In this document: one piece after another, positions 13,690 through 28,670 of the stretch
How the letters are laid out: each line of letters starts with the position of its first letter
Numbering within the stretch: the stretch's first letter is position 1
Program-made: the position numbers and the translations under genes
The notes under the pieces: model-generated
Told to the model about the DNA's origin: nothing
The model's input: the letters and a program-made list of their open reading frames with translations, nothing else
The model's database searches: none
Origin: the human T2T-CHM13v2.0 reference genome, Homo sapiens
Strand: one strand, 5' to 3'
Assembly (NCBI RefSeq): GCF_009914755.1
Contig: NC_060933.1
Length of the DNA: 64,000 bases

Positions 13690-15504
13690 CAAAGATTTCT
13701 TGAGTAAGATTTCAGCCCCACTCTGTGTAACCTAAGAGGTCTAGGAAAGACTGAAGCATCCTGCATTTACCATCTGAGTTTAGAAAAAATGTTTAGAGCA
13801 CAACATCAGGGAACCATTCCCAGACGTGGCTGTGGATGCTGCCATTTCTTGTGATTCTGGAGCTGTTCTTTTCATCTCAAGCTACTGTTTACAGAAGTGT
13901 TACCACAGAATTATAATTATGGGTTTTATTTAGTTATAAAGAGGGTTTGAGTCTTCCATCAAAGGGAGAGGAAGCAACTCACTCAGAAGTGTGGAGAAAA
14001 TCTTTCACACTCACTGCTTGATGGAATTCCAGTAGTCTGCATGGATTCAGGCCAGAGCATGAACCCCTGGGGCATGGAGAGCTTGATTTTATGGTGGGCA
14101 GGAGGGCCCAGAGTACTGGCCTTCCTTCCTCTCTTCTTGGAGAAGCAGTGGTGATAAGGTAGGAAAGGAAGTCCTGGGCTTCCACCAGGCCAGCTTCCCC
14201 ACCCATGCAGACTTCCTTCTGCTCCAAGGAAACTGGTCATTCTTATCTCTTCTGCAGAAAATGAAACCAGAAACTCCCAGGCTTATGAAGGAGAGGCTAT
14301 CTGGGCACTGGGAAGGTGGAGAGAGGCTTCCCAGTGTTGTCTCTGGCAAGACAGTAGAATCCTTGGGAGGTCTATTTGCTCCTAATATTGCTTCCTCTCG
14401 ATTTCTTTCCTTCAGTTTTTTCCCCCATTTTTGGCTCTGATCCTAAAACTTGGGCTCTGCATTCTTTGATAATCCATCACACCTCTGATACTGGGGACCT
14501 GAGACCTGGTCCTACCTGCCCTAGCTGGTATCTCCACTGAATCCTCACAGGCCTTTCTATCTCCAGAGACTGTTTCTGGCCACTGAGCCCGATGCTTGGG
14601 ACATCAATGGCTCACTGATGCCCCAGGGCCTCCTCCTAATCTCTGGCCGAGGCTGACACAGAAGGCTCACAACAAACCATGTGCCTCCGAAATAATGTGA
14701 TGAGCAGAGTAAAATCTGTTGACTTTTTACCCCATGAAAGCTGCATGGTTTAAATACAATAGAGGTGACTCAGCTACTGGAAGGATGCATGTACCACGTC
14801 TGAAACACTCAGCAAGCTCTGTGGAGTTGATGAAGCAGGGAAATTGGGAGTGAAAGTAAAAATTTCCGCTTCCTCAGAAAAATCTGCTTGACACTATCTA
14901 GCATCCATTCATTAGACTTAATCTTCAGCCTGTCTGAGTTCCCATGAATCTATATTTCTGCACTGAGATGGGGCACGTATTTTCTACCAACATGTGAGCA
15001 AAGGGGGAAATCCATAACTTTGACTTCCTTCAGTTGGCTTCCTCTTGGACCTGGGACATTAGCATTCCACTAACATTTGGTTACATGAAGCTACATTTTC
15101 CCAGTGCATTATTTTGCATCTTGAAAGAATGCAGTAGCTGTAGCTACAGGACCTACCATCAATCACTGGGCATTAATCCTCACTGAGTGGCCCTCATGCT
15201 GTAACCTCACTGTGCCTATTCTGCTTAAGGTCCTGGTGGTTGGGCTGATGGAGAACATAACTCCTGGTTCTCCTCTCCCGCCTCTGGCCCCCCAGCGTTA
15301 TTGCCAGGGAATACACTTGCTCTGGGGAGCTCTGAGCTTAATGGATTTTGCAGTATTTCCCCTTCCTTCCTGCTACAAAGCTCTGGCTTAGCATGAAAGC
15401 TGCCCCAGATCCCTGAACCCATGGCACCCTTCCTGCCTTGAGGAACTCACCCCTCTCCTGCAGATCAAGGCTCAGTATTAGCCTATATAAAAAGCCTCCT
15501 GCTT

Positions 15505-15815
15505 AGTCATAACAGGTATACCAACTACCATTTACAGAGTGCTCACTATGTGCCAACCAGTGTACAAGTACCCTGTGGGTGGTATTGCATATAATCCTCA
15601 CACAACCTTGGCAGCTGGCACTGTCTTTATTCCCGTATCATAGTTAAGAAAACTGGAACTTAAGTTAGGTCACATAGCTAGAAAGTGATGGACTGGAATC
15701 CGTCCATTCAACAGATATTATTCATGTCTTACTACGTGCCAGTTATTGTTCTATGGATCAGGGATATGTTGGTGCACAAAACAGCCTAAAGCTCCTTCCC
15801 TTGTGGAGCTGACTT
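15505..15815 (-). mobile_element. MIR plus L2 3' fragment
   Basis: TAATCCTCACACAACC...GGTCACATAGCTAGAAAGTG, then CATTCAACAGATATTATT...TACTACGTGCCAG. Confidence 0.6.
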
Positions 15816-15919
15816 CCTTCTGGTGTTTAAACCCAAAGCTGCTTGGCCCCAGAGCTAGACACTATTTAATTCAGAGACGATCACAGCCACACAGAAAGAT
15901 TTTCTTTAAAATGTTTGAT

Positions 15920-16680
15920 CATAACCATGATGAGATACCATTTCATACCATTAGAATGGTTACTATCAAGAAGATAAAAAAATAACAAGTATTGGCAAAG
16001 ATGTGGGAAGTCACAACCCTCATATACTGCTGGTAGAAATGTATAATGGTGCAGCCACTGTGGAAAACAGTATGGCAGTTCCTCAAAAAGTTAAACATAG
16101 AATTATCATATGCTCCGGCAATTCCACATCTAGGTATATACCCAAAGGAATTGAAAAGCAAGGACTCAAATAGACACTTGTACCTCAATGGTCATCTAGT
16201 AGCATTACTTACAATAGCCAAAAGGCAGAAACAACCCAAATGTCCATCAATAGATAAATGGATAAACAAAATGTGGTATATATATAAAATGAAATATTAA
16301 TTAGCCTTAAAAAGGAAATTATATACTTATGACAGCATGGTCGAAACATTATGCTAGGTGATATAAGCCAGACAGAGAAGGACAAATATTGTATGATTTA
16401 TCTTTATGTGAGTTGCCTAGAACAGAAAAATTCAGAGAGACAGAAAGTGGAATAGAGGTTATCAGGGGCTGAGAGGGAGGGGTGGGGATGAAGAGTCATT
16501 ATTTAATGTATGCAGAGTTTCAGTTTGCAGTGATGAAAAAGTTCTGGAAATGGATAATATTGATGATTGAACAACACTGTGAATGTGTTTAATGCCACTG
16601 AATTATACACTTAAAAATGGTGAAAATGGTAAGTTTTATGTTATATTTATTTTACAACTAAAGAAACAAATTTTTAAAAA
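15920..16680 (+). mobile_element. L1MB-type LINE-1 3' end
   Basis: ORF2 C-terminal remnant MVQPLWKTVWQFLKKLNIELSYAPAIPHLGIYPKELK plus L1MB-like 3'UTR. Confidence 0.88.
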
Positions 16681-18229
16681 ATGTTTGAACTTAGAAGAAA
16701 TCGATCCAAGAACAAGAAGTCAGCAGCCAATTATTGAGGGCTCTTGGGAACCAGAGCACACCCCCATTCATTCTATCAGTGGATTTCAAAGTGAGTATGA
16801 CATTTAGGGAAATAAAGATGCCAGCTTTAATAAGACCTCAGCTCATTCTTTACCCAATGGGGTCATTTATTCCTAAATGCACAGTCAGGATAGTACAAGT
16901 GTAATGAATTCAGTCTGATGAAGATGATGGCATGGGAATATTGGAAACTGACAAATTTGAGTCACCCGGTTCAAAAGTTTTTAGATAGACCTATAAGAAA
17001 ATTGCACCTAGCTAGGAAATTGCCTAGAAAAGATTTTTTTTTTTTCCTTGAGTTTCTGGAAAATCTTTCCTTGTAAGAGCTCAGTTGTTCTTGTGATGAA
17101 TGTATATTTTGCATCTTTCTGGAGTTAAGCACAGGCAAGCTGACCACTCCAGGGTTAATGCTTTGACCTGTGCTTTGCCTCTCCATTATTTCCAACAACA
17201 CTTGCTAATGAAAAGGGGCCTGCTTGGTGGTCTTCAGGCTGGACACATATCCCCAGAATGGTCACCACACAGATCAGTGTTACTTTCTTTAAAATGAAAG
17301 TTATTCTTTTTTTTTCTGATTATAAAATTAATAATGCTCACTGTAGAAAATCTGGAAAATGAGAAGGAATCTACTTGGTGATTGAATTATCTTTCTCTCT
17401 ATATAGCTATATGAATCACACTACATATAATCTTGTATCCCTTTATTTTTTAACTTTACACTGCAAACATTGCCCCACGTCTTAACTATTCTTTGAAAAC
17501 ATGATTTTTAATGGCTGTCCAAAATTGTATCTGTGGATATGTGATTCAATATGATGAATGTGAATATGGAAGTCTAGCAGAAACTTGGTTCTGCTGTGAG
17601 TCTGTGAGGCAATGATCTTGTTCATATATGCATAGAATTCTTATAATGTGGATAATATGTTTATAACAGGGTTTGATACAATGATGTATCCCTAGATATG
17701 GCAGATGGGGTCTTCCCTAATAAGTGGCTTCTTTCCTGGTAGCTGTACCTCTTCTAGGGAAAAGGCACATCGTTTTCTCAGTCTGAAATCTGTACCTGAG
17801 AAAGTCCTGGGGTTGGAGGGAAGGGTACTATTGCAGAGGAGGACTCCAGCTCTCTCTTCATCCCATGCAAGGTTCAAATTTCCAAGAAGGAACATCTAGC
17901 AGGTGAATCAATGTCATCTAATTGTTTCAGCTAGGGCTTGCAGATTTGTACCAATTTCTTGGGATTACAGTGTGAAGATCAGAGGCCAGAGTGAGGCCAT
18001 AGACGGGTAAGAGAGGCTGGATCAGGACAGCCATCATCAGAGCACACACTGTGCCTATTTCTAGACCTTTAAATTGTCTATATTTCCTAACTAGTCTCCT
18101 CAGAATTAGGCAAAGTGTCCTGAAAATTTGAGGCACTACCACGTCTTCTAAATGAACTGACAGAAGAAGTCTTGCTCACATGTGAGGAATGCCAAGGAAA
18201 GAAACAAAGAAAGAAATAAATAAACATAA

Positions 18230-18570
18230 AAATGGGAGAGATGAACAGGTGGAGCAGAGGGGATTTTTAGGGCAGTGAAATAATTCTGAATGATACCGTT
18301 TTGGGGGATATATGACAATATACATTTGCCAAAACCCATAGAACTATACACAACACAGAGTCAACCCTAATGTAAACTATGGACTTTAGCTAATAATAAC
18401 AAATCAATTTTGGTTCACCAATTATAACAAATGTGCTGCACTAATGCAAGGTTCTAATAATAGGGGAAATTGTGGGAGGAAGGGGCATGTGAGAACCCTG
18501 TACTATCTGCTCCATTTTCTGTAAACCTAAAACTGCTCAAAAAGATAGTCTATTAATTAAGATAAAAAAA
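18230..18570 (+). mobile_element. L1MC-type LINE-1 3'UTR fragment
   Basis: GATTTTTAGGGCAGTGAAA...AAAACCCATAGAACT...ACCCTAATGTAAACTATGGACTTTAG. Confidence 0.75.
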
Positions 18571-20119
18571 GAAGATGCTTGTTAATTAACCCTGAACCAT
18601 TTATTTAGGGTCGTTTCATTAACAAGGAGAAACGAAATAATTCACATAATGTGTGGAAGGAGAATATGGGGCAAAGGTGATCAAAACAAAACAAAAACAA
18701 ACTGAGGCTTTTCTAGAAATCTACCCTTATGACGAAAAAAAAAAAAAAGTAAAAATAAGATAAAATCAAGGAGAGGCAGCCATACCTACCCCCATTCAGG
18801 GATAACTAGAAATTATGCGAGCAGGAAGAGCTGCTTAACCAGGTGCCTTTCCTTTCCTGGAGATTCTTCCCCAGAGCAATATCTTAAAGATTCCTAGTAG
18901 ACTTCTAATAAAGGGTGGGGGTGGGGTTGTTTGTGGCAAAGCCCCCACCTTTCCGGATTCAAAAGGATTGTTGTCACTCAACCCATTCATGCAATATACT
19001 CTTTATCTATACTTCAGTGCTATGAGGAAATGCTCAGTACCAGGAGTCAATTCTCTTTTTGCTTCTATAGTTATTAGTCTCTTGTTTGGTTTTCCTTCCT
19101 CCCTCCTTCCCTCCCTCTCCCTTTTCTTGTTTCTAAATTAAAGCACTGGGTTCCATTTTTCCCAAAGCAAGTCTTCTGAATTTACAGCCATACATAAAAA
19201 ATAAAGCAAACATTCTTATTTCTAGTTAGGAAGAGAAAGAAGACAGTGATGGGGGTTTAAGCAGCATCATCTCAAGATGAAAATGAAGGCGACTCCAGCC
19301 TGCTTTGAACAGAAACAGTGACCATGGTGGGTTAGCTTATTATAGCTGGTCACTAAGTCAATAGCCTATTGCTGTCTACTTCTGAGTTACACTCTGATGG
19401 TTTACTCACATCTCCACTGGTGTATATATCCCATGGCAGCTCTACCTGTGAGACGTCACAGTTGATAGGAACATGGACCACGCTGAGGGACCAGGCTGGA
19501 CCATTCATTTAGATGGATTCTCCAATGAAAGGCACCCTTTAAAGAATTTGCTTTAGCCATCTACAGGACCAGAGAGGGCAAATCTGCCCAGCCAAGTAAT
19601 AACATTAACATTCCTATCTTCTGTCTCCTGCTCCCACCCTATGCTTTGACCCAGGCAGGGCCCAAAATAGCAGTCAGTAGTGGGAGAAGAAGGAAGTTGA
19701 GGAACTGAGGAGGAATTCTGCCATATCTCCATGGCTCCATTCCCCTGAGGCAAATAGCCCAATTGTAGATCTTAGCACAGCAGAGAGGTCGGGGGCAAAG
19801 GGACAGGGAGGAGTCTTATTTTTGGAAGGTTATTATTTTGGAGTGAATTCTCCATTTCATTCTCGTTACTGAAATGGGACTTTTTTTTTTTGTGGAGCTT
19901 AAAGTGACATAGACTATTAACTGAGAGTGACTAGGAAAGCCACACTGGCAAGAATTTTATCAAAGAACAAAGGGAGGACCACTGCACTGAATAAGTTCTT
20001 TAAAGGGATAGCAGGAGACAAAGAATAAAGTTGCATTTTGGTTGCTGCACGAGTTATGCCCACTGATAAAGCAGTTACATGTACGTGGCTAGATTTGTTT
20101 TTAAAACTTACTCTCGGCT

Positions 20120-20400
20120 ATTTTGAAAGGACTGGATTGGAGAGGGGAAAGAGCGAAGTTAGGAATCTAAAAATTGGAGGGTGTTCCAGTATTCCAGTTG
20201 AGACATGATTACAGAAATGACAGTGAAGAGAAATGAAATCCAACATGCAATAGAAAGTGAAAGCAATAGGATTTGAAGGATTGGTTGAAAGTAGGGGTGG
20301 GACAGAGGAAAGTATTAAGGATTTTTCTAAGTTTCTGAGCAACTGGGTAAATCTCAGCACAACTGTGAGCCAGAGACCTCTGCAAGAGAAGCAGATTTGG
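20120..20400 (-). mobile_element. L2 fragment
   Basis: Purine-rich L2-like GACTGGATTGGAGAGGGG...TTTCTGAGCAACTGGGT. Confidence 0.5.
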
Positions 20401-21412
20401 TGTAGGGAAGAAAGGGGACCTCTAATAAAACCAAGCCATAGCTGGTTCCTGAGGCTATTTAAAAATAGTCTTCCAAAGAGCTTTCTTTGAGGTATCTCAA
20501 TGAACAGAAGGCGAGTGCTGGAATCTGAGAAGTATTTTAAAAACTGACATATGTGTTGGCTGGACTTAAGCTTTCATTTAGCTTAGGAGCAACAAATATC
20601 TTGGAACATCTCCATATCATGCCTAGTTCAATAAATCTGGATGGGTTCTGATGGAGGAATACATGTGATCTCTCTGACGGCTGCTTCCCCAGGGAAAACC
20701 TTGCTTTTCAAAGCAGATGATGTTTGCCCACTCTTGCCAATAAATGCCAACTTCTACATATACGATTAAATGGCTTCAGAGAACTTTGGACCATGATTGT
20801 GAATAGCCATGATTCCTGGCAGCAAGCAGGGAAGCTGCACATTCATCTTTCAGTGTTCAGAGCAGAACCATCTGTCTAAAGCCACAAGGCCTTGGTGGAC
20901 ACAAGCAGCTGTGAACCCGGGGGGCTCGTTCATCTGAACCAGACTGTTGCAGATGTTTGCAGCTGCTGAGAGCCCATTCTGAAACTCATGGCCTCCATTC
21001 AATTAGGGCTGGTCAGTGGGATGACCCTGAGGATTCCCCACATGAAGTAAGACCCACTTCTTGCCTGTGCACAGCTAATATGAGGATTAGGTTTAAAATG
21101 TCAGACTCTTGAACAAAAGTCAGTTTATCTTGGCTCCTGCTACTGAGGTTATACTCCCTATGGCCTTGGATTTAGTGATAAAGAACCAGTTACACGTGGT
21201 GCAGTTTTCAAAGTGCTGCCTCACTACTTAAATCAGCAACATAAACACAAGGTGACACGGTCATGAGGTTTTTTCCTCCCCAATAAGTCAAATGCATGCA
21301 GGCCTTCCAAGCAGCTGCTTGTAGGAATTGCTGCTCAGATCTTCAGAATTCTTATATAAAATGAGAAAGAAATCCCGTGAGACAGTTTAGCTGAATGATA
21401 CTCTAACCGCAG

Positions 21413-21713
<301 letters not shown>

Positions 21714-23096
21714 CTCTAACCAGATTTTAAAATCCTATGGAATAAAGGAATTTTTAGAAGATGGCTTTATGGGTGTGCATAATATGTAAAGACAAATATG
21801 ACAGTTTCTCTCAAACATAGGTTAAAAGTGAAATGGTACTGTTTGCTTTTAGAAAAATTATAAAATATGATTTAATTAATGTCAATTTCCTGCCTCTGAA
21901 GATGGCTCTAAAGTTATATAATACACTAACATTAGCAGAAGCTGGGTGAATGATATATGGGAACTATGTACTTTTTTTTTTTAGAACTTATCTGTAAGTC
22001 TAAAGTTATTTTCAATTATAAAACATAAGAAAAAATAGGAATTGGAGTCTCTGAGTCTTCCCATTCATTATTCTTCTCTGTGAAAGTGTTCTTTCCCGTA
22101 AAAAAATTAATCTGGTCAATTTTAGATGGGATTATTAAAAAATAAATGAGAGGCACTTACATTTCATATCAGTGTAAATTTTGCGTTAATTGTCTCAACA
22201 GGCTAGCAGAGCCCCATCAGCTAACTGTGTGAGAAAAATCCTCATTTCTCACTTCCAAATGGAAAAGGTCCTAGCTAATTTCAATGGATTTGGCTTTAGA
22301 TCTAAAAACAACTGCATCCTCTGGGGATGACCAAGCAGATGTGTAAGTGTCCCCTTAACTGAAGAGCTGTTGCTGAGGAAAATAAAATTTCATCACATCT
22401 GGTTCTAAACTGCAATACGAGTGGATTTTATCACTCATATAGATTTCAATATGGGGTTTCGTGCGTGTATTTATTTAGTTAGTTCACACAGACATATGAT
22501 TAGATTTGCTTTTCACATGCTTTCACCCCTGGATTATCTGTAGGTAATCCTAAAAGGAAAAACATTCAAACTTTGTTGGTATCTGGGCTTGCAATATGTT
22601 TTTGTCCTCTCATTGCATGATAAAAAATGTATTTGGGGTTAATACAATTTCCTGATTGATAAAATGATTTTGCAGCATATACAAGTATTATTGAATTCGG
22701 AATAACTACAGTTTAATAAACTCATGGAAAAGGTTTGGCTATTGCAGTTAAGCATAAAGATTTCCCTTCATGATCTCGTAGGACCTCATACCTTAAGTAT
22801 AGGTATGCTTAAGGATCAGTTAACAAGAGAAATCTAGTAAGTGGCATATCAGGGAAAAAAGAGCTTTTCTTTGAAATGGCAATAGTAGAGGGACTTCAGA
22901 GAATCTGGTCTAATCTCCACGTTTGGGATTTTTAGGAAGTTTAAAATGGCTGGTGCTTAATTTGATGGAGGGGTGGGCTGCTAGATTCCTTTGACAACCT
23001 GAAAAAGCTATAGATATTCTACCTATAAAACACATTCTTAAAGACTTTAGATATCATTTGGAGGTTCTGTGGAACCCCTGGAGTAATGTCTTTTTA

Positions 23097-23383
23097 ATTT
23101 TTTTTTTTTTTTTTTTTTTGAGATAGGGTCTTGCTCTGTCATCTAGTCTGGAGTGGAATGCCTTGACCTCCTGGGCTCAAGTGATCCTCCTGCCTCACCC
23201 TCCCAAGTAGCTAGGACTACAGGCATGATGTACCACCATGCCCAGCCAATTTTTAAGTTTTTTTTGTAGAGGCAGGATCTTGCTATGTTGCCCAGGCTGG
23301 TCTTAAACGTCTGGCTTTAAGTAATCCTCCTGCCTCAGCCTCCTGAAAAGCTGGGATTACCGGCATGAGCCACCACGGCTAGC
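23097..23383 (-). mobile_element. AluJ-like (partly deleted)
   Basis: AluJ diagnostics CTCCTGGGCTCAAGTGATCCTCC and TTGCTATGTTGCCCAGGCTGG. Confidence 0.88.
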
Positions 23384-23630
23384 TCATCTTTCCTTTGCTT
23401 TTCTTCGTAAAACAGAACAAAAGATAGCCACCACTCCACGTCTGTAAATGTGCTTATGACTACTAGAATAAGCAGGGGACACCTGTTACCGTTAGTTACA
23501 TCTGGAGTTTAGAACTGGTGTGCGATTGAAGGGGAGAAAGAAACAATGTTATTGGGATTTTAGACACCTGGGATTGCTTAAATTATTACCATGAAGATAC
23601 AGGATGTATTACTTTTAAAACTCAAATGCC

Positions 23631-23959
<329 letters not shown>

Positions 23960-24328
23960 TCAAATGCCTGAAATGCATACATGAGAGGGAAAGAAAAAGA
24001 GAGACACCCTGTGCTTTAAATGGAACAATAAAGTTTCCTTTGAGTGATCTTATTACAGCTCCTCTGCTCACAGCCTCCCTGTGCCCAGCTCCAGGAATCA
24101 ACAATTCTCTTCCTTGGGATTTAAAAAAACACTTTCTAAGCCTCTCAGCTTCTGCTGAGAATCCCCAAGGGAAAAGAAAAACAAAAATGCTAGTACTTTG
24201 GACTCTAGCAGCAAAGGGATGGTGAAAAAAACCACCGTTTATTGAGGACTCACAAGTACTTTACATACATGAGCTCATGTGATCTTTACACCAACCCTCT
24301 GGGGTTAGAAAATAGAAACACAACCCTT

Positions 24329-24693
<365 letters not shown>

Positions 24694-26998
24694 TCAGGAA
24701 GAATTAGAAACCCTCAATAGACCAAAAACAAGCAGCGAGATTGAAATGGTAACTTAAAAATTATCAAAACAAATGTCCAGGACCAGACAGATTCACAGCA
24801 GAATTCTACCAGACATTCAAAGAAGAATTGGTACAAATCCTTTTGACACTATTTTGCAAGATAAAGAAGGTACCCTCCCTAATTCACTCTATGAAGCCAG
24901 CATCACCCTAATACCAAAACCAGGAAAAAATATAACCAAAAAAGAAAACTACAGACCAATATCCTTGATGAACATAGATGCTAAAATCCTTAAAAAAAAT
25001 ACTAGCTAACCAAATCCAACAACATATCAAGAAGATAATCCACCACGATCAAGTGGGTTTCATACCAGAGATACAGGGATGGTTTAACATATGCAAGCCA
25101 ATAAATGTGATACACATAAACAGAATTAAAAACAAAAATCATATGATCATCTCAATAGATGCAGAAAAAGCATTTGACAAAATCCAGCATCTCTTTATGA
25201 TTAAAACTCTCAGAAAAATCAGCATACAAGGGATATATCTTAATGTAATAAAAGCCATCTATGACAAATCCACAGCCAACATAATACTGAATGGGGAAAT
25301 GTTGAAAACATTCCCTCTGAGAACTGGAACAAGACAAGAATGCCCACTCTCACCACTCCTCTTCAGACAAGAGAAAGAAATAAAGGCCATCCAAATCGGT
25401 AAAGAAGAAGTCAAACTGTCACTGTTTGCTGACAATGTGATCGTTTACCTTGAAAACCCTAAGGACTCCTCCAGAAAGCTCCTAGAACTGATAAAAAAAA
25501 TTCAGCAACATTTCTGGATACAAGATTAATGTACACAAATCAGTAGCTCTTCTATACACCAACTGCGACCAAGCGGGGAATCAAATCAAGAACTCAACCC
25601 CTTTTACGATAGCTGCAAAAAAAAAAAAAAAAGACTTAGTAACATACCTAACCAAGGAGTCGAAAGACCTCTACAAGGAAAACTACAAAACCCTGCTGAA
25701 AGAAATCATAGATGACACAAACATATGGAAACTCATCCCATGCTCATGGATGGGTAGAATCAACATTGTGAAAATGAACACACTGACAAAGGAAATCTAC
25801 AAATTCAATGCAATTCCCATCAAGCTACCACCATCATTCTTCACATAATTAGAAAAAACAATTCTAAAATTCATATGAACCAAAATAAGAGCTCACATAG
25901 CCAGGGCAAGACTAAGCAAAAGAACAAATCTGGAGGCATCACACTACCTGATTTTAAACTATACCATAAGGGCATAGTCACCAAAACAGTGTGGTACTGG
26001 TATAAAAATAGGCACATACACCAATGGAACAGAATAGAGAACCAGAAATAAACCCAAATACTTACAGCCAACCGATCTTCAACAAAGCAAACAGAAACAT
26101 AAAGTGGGGAAAGGACACCCTTTTCAACAAATGGTGCTGGGATAATTGGCTAGCCACAAGTAGGAGAATGAAACTGGATCCTCATCTCTCGCCTTATACA
26201 AAAATCAACTTAAGACGGATTAAAGACTTAAACCTAAGACCTGAAACTATAAAAATTCTAGAAGATAACATTGGAAAAAGCCTTCTAGCCATTGGCTTAG
26301 GCAAGATTTCATGACCAAGAACCCAAAAGCAAATGCAATAAAAACAAAGACAAATAGCTGAGACCTAATTAAACTAAAGAGCTTTTGCACGAAAAAAGGA
26401 ACAGTCAGCAGAGTAAATAGAAAACCCACAGAGTGGGAGAAAATCTTCACAATCTATACATCTGACAAAAGACCAATATCCAGAATCTACAACAAACTCA
26501 AACAAATTAGTAAGAAAAAACAAACAATCCCTTGAAAAAGTGGGCTAAGCACATGAATAGACAATTCTCAAAAGAAGATACACAAATGGCCAACAAACAT
26601 GAAAAAAAATGTTCAACATCACTAATGATCAGGGAAATGCAAATCAAAACCACAATGCAATACCACCTTACTCCTGCAAGAATGGCCATAATAAAAAAAT
26701 CAAAAAAGAGTAGATTTTGGCATGGATGCAGTGATCAGGGAACCCTTCTACACTGCTGGTGGGAATGTAAACTAGTACAGGCACTATGGAAAACAGTGTG
26801 GAGATTCCTTAAAGAACTAAAAGTAGAACTACCATTTGATCCAGCAATCTCACTACTGGGTATCTACCCAGGGGAAAAGAAGTCATTATTCGAAAAAGAT
26901 ATTTGCACACACATGTTTATAGCAGCACAATTCACAATTGCAAAATTGTGGAACTAACCCAATTGTCCATCGATCAACGAGTGGATAAAGAAACTATG

Positions 26999-27101
26999 AT
27001 TATATATATATATTCCATCTACATATTCCATCTATATATTTCATATATATTCCATCTATATATTCCATCTATATTCCATCTATATATTCCATCTGTATAT
27101 T

Positions 27102-27149
<48 letters not shown>

Positions 27150-27153
27150 AATA
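26999..27153. repeat. (TATATTCCATC)n-like minisatellite followed by (AT)22
   Basis: Direct reading; lies inside the L1PB 3' region. Confidence 0.95.
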
Positions 27154-27647
27154 CTACACAGCCATAAAAAGGAATGAATTAACAGCATTTGCAGTGACCC
27201 GGATGAGATTGGAGACTATTATTCTAAGTGAAGTAACTCAGCAATGGAAAACCAAAGGTCATATGGTCTCACTGATATGTGGGAGCTAAGCTATGAGGAT
27301 GCAAAGGCATAAGAATGATACAACGGACTTCAGGGACCTGGGGGGAAGAGTGGGAGGGGGACAAGGGATAAAAGACTTCAAATATGGTGCAGTGTATACT
27401 GCCCAGGTAATGGGTGCAGCAAAATCTCACAAATCACCACTAAAGAACTTACTCATGTAACCAAATACCACCTATACCTCAATAACTTATGGAAAAAAAG
27501 AAAATAGAAAGGTCAGTAACATCTTCCACTGACCCAGAGCTTGACAACAGCAATGATCACATCTGTATTGGGAGGCCTTTACCATCCATGAGGGGTAACC
27601 TTGCACCCACCTTCTCCCTACATGGAAGAGCGGTATTCTCACCTCCA

Positions 27648-27942
27648 TTTTTTTTTTTCAGACGGAGTTTCGCTCTTGTTGCCCAGGCTGGAGTGCAATG
27701 GTGCAAACTCAGCTCACTGAAACCTCCGCCTCCCGGGTTCAAGCGACTCTCCTGTCTCAGCCGCCCAAGTAGCTGGGATTACAGGCACATGCCACCACGC
27801 CCGGCTAATTTTTGTATTTTTAGTAGAGATGGGGGTTTCATCATATTGGTCAGGCTGGTCTCAAACTCCTGACCTCAGGTGATCTGCCTGCCTCGGCCTC
27901 CCAAATTGCTGGGATTACAGGCGTGAGCCAACATGCCCGGCC
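27648..27942 (-). mobile_element. AluSp/Sq-like
   Basis: GTTTCGCTCTTGTTGCCCAGGCTGGAGTGCAATGG; TSD TCTCACCTCCATTTT at 27637-27651 and 27945-27959. Confidence 0.93.
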
Positions 27943-28049
27943 ACTCTCACCTCCATTTTATAGGCAAAGAATTGAGGCACACAGCCCTAGAGTGAGTTAA
28001 GTGAGAGTAGCATAAAGTGCAGGTCTTTTTGCTCACCTTGGGTGCTCCT

Positions 28050-28670
28050 TTCAAACCACGCAGTTCTCTACAAAGCAGCCAGAGTAGTTCTTTTAAAACA
28101 CCAGGCCGGGGGGCGGGGGTTACTTCACATTTCTGCTGAAAATCCTCAACTGGTTTCTCGTCATCCTCAGAATAAAGTCCCAAAACCTTACTGTGGCCTC
28201 ACATAATTTGTCTACCTCCAACTTCCTCCATTTCCACACTCCAGCTGCACTGGCCTCCTTGCTAGTCCTCACACATTCCAAATGTGGTTCCACCCCAGAA
28301 CCTTGGTATTCACTCTTCCCTCAGCTTGGAATGTGCTTTCTCCAGATGTCGGAGGGTTTGCTTCTTATGTCATTCAGGTGTGGCTCCAGTAGCTTTCTTT
28401 TCTGCCCCTACTGTATAAAATAGCACCCATCACTCTCTAGCTGCTTTTCTTCACAGCACTTATCACCACCTGACATCTATATCTGATTATGGCCTGCCTC
28501 TCCTCCCCACTCTCAATGCAGATATAAGTTCAATGAGAGTGAGGATTTAGTCTTTATTGTTCTCTGCTGTGTCCTCAGTAAGTGTCAAAACAGTGCCTGG
28601 AACCCAGTAGGGGCTCCATTAATATTTGCTGAGTGAATGAATGAATAAATACATGAATACGTGAATGAAT
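28050..28670 (+). mobile_element. L2a-type LINE 3' end
   Basis: CCACACTCCAGCTGCACTGGCCTCCTTGCT...CAGTGCCTGG...AATATTTGCTGAGTGAATGAATGAAT tail. Confidence 0.8.

Noticed and set aside
24773-27289. Reverse-transcriptase-like ORFs as a possible active or domesticated gene
   Set aside because: Fragments of a 5'-truncated L1PB ORF2 with frameshifts, stops, an RT deletion and a mutated catalytic motif.
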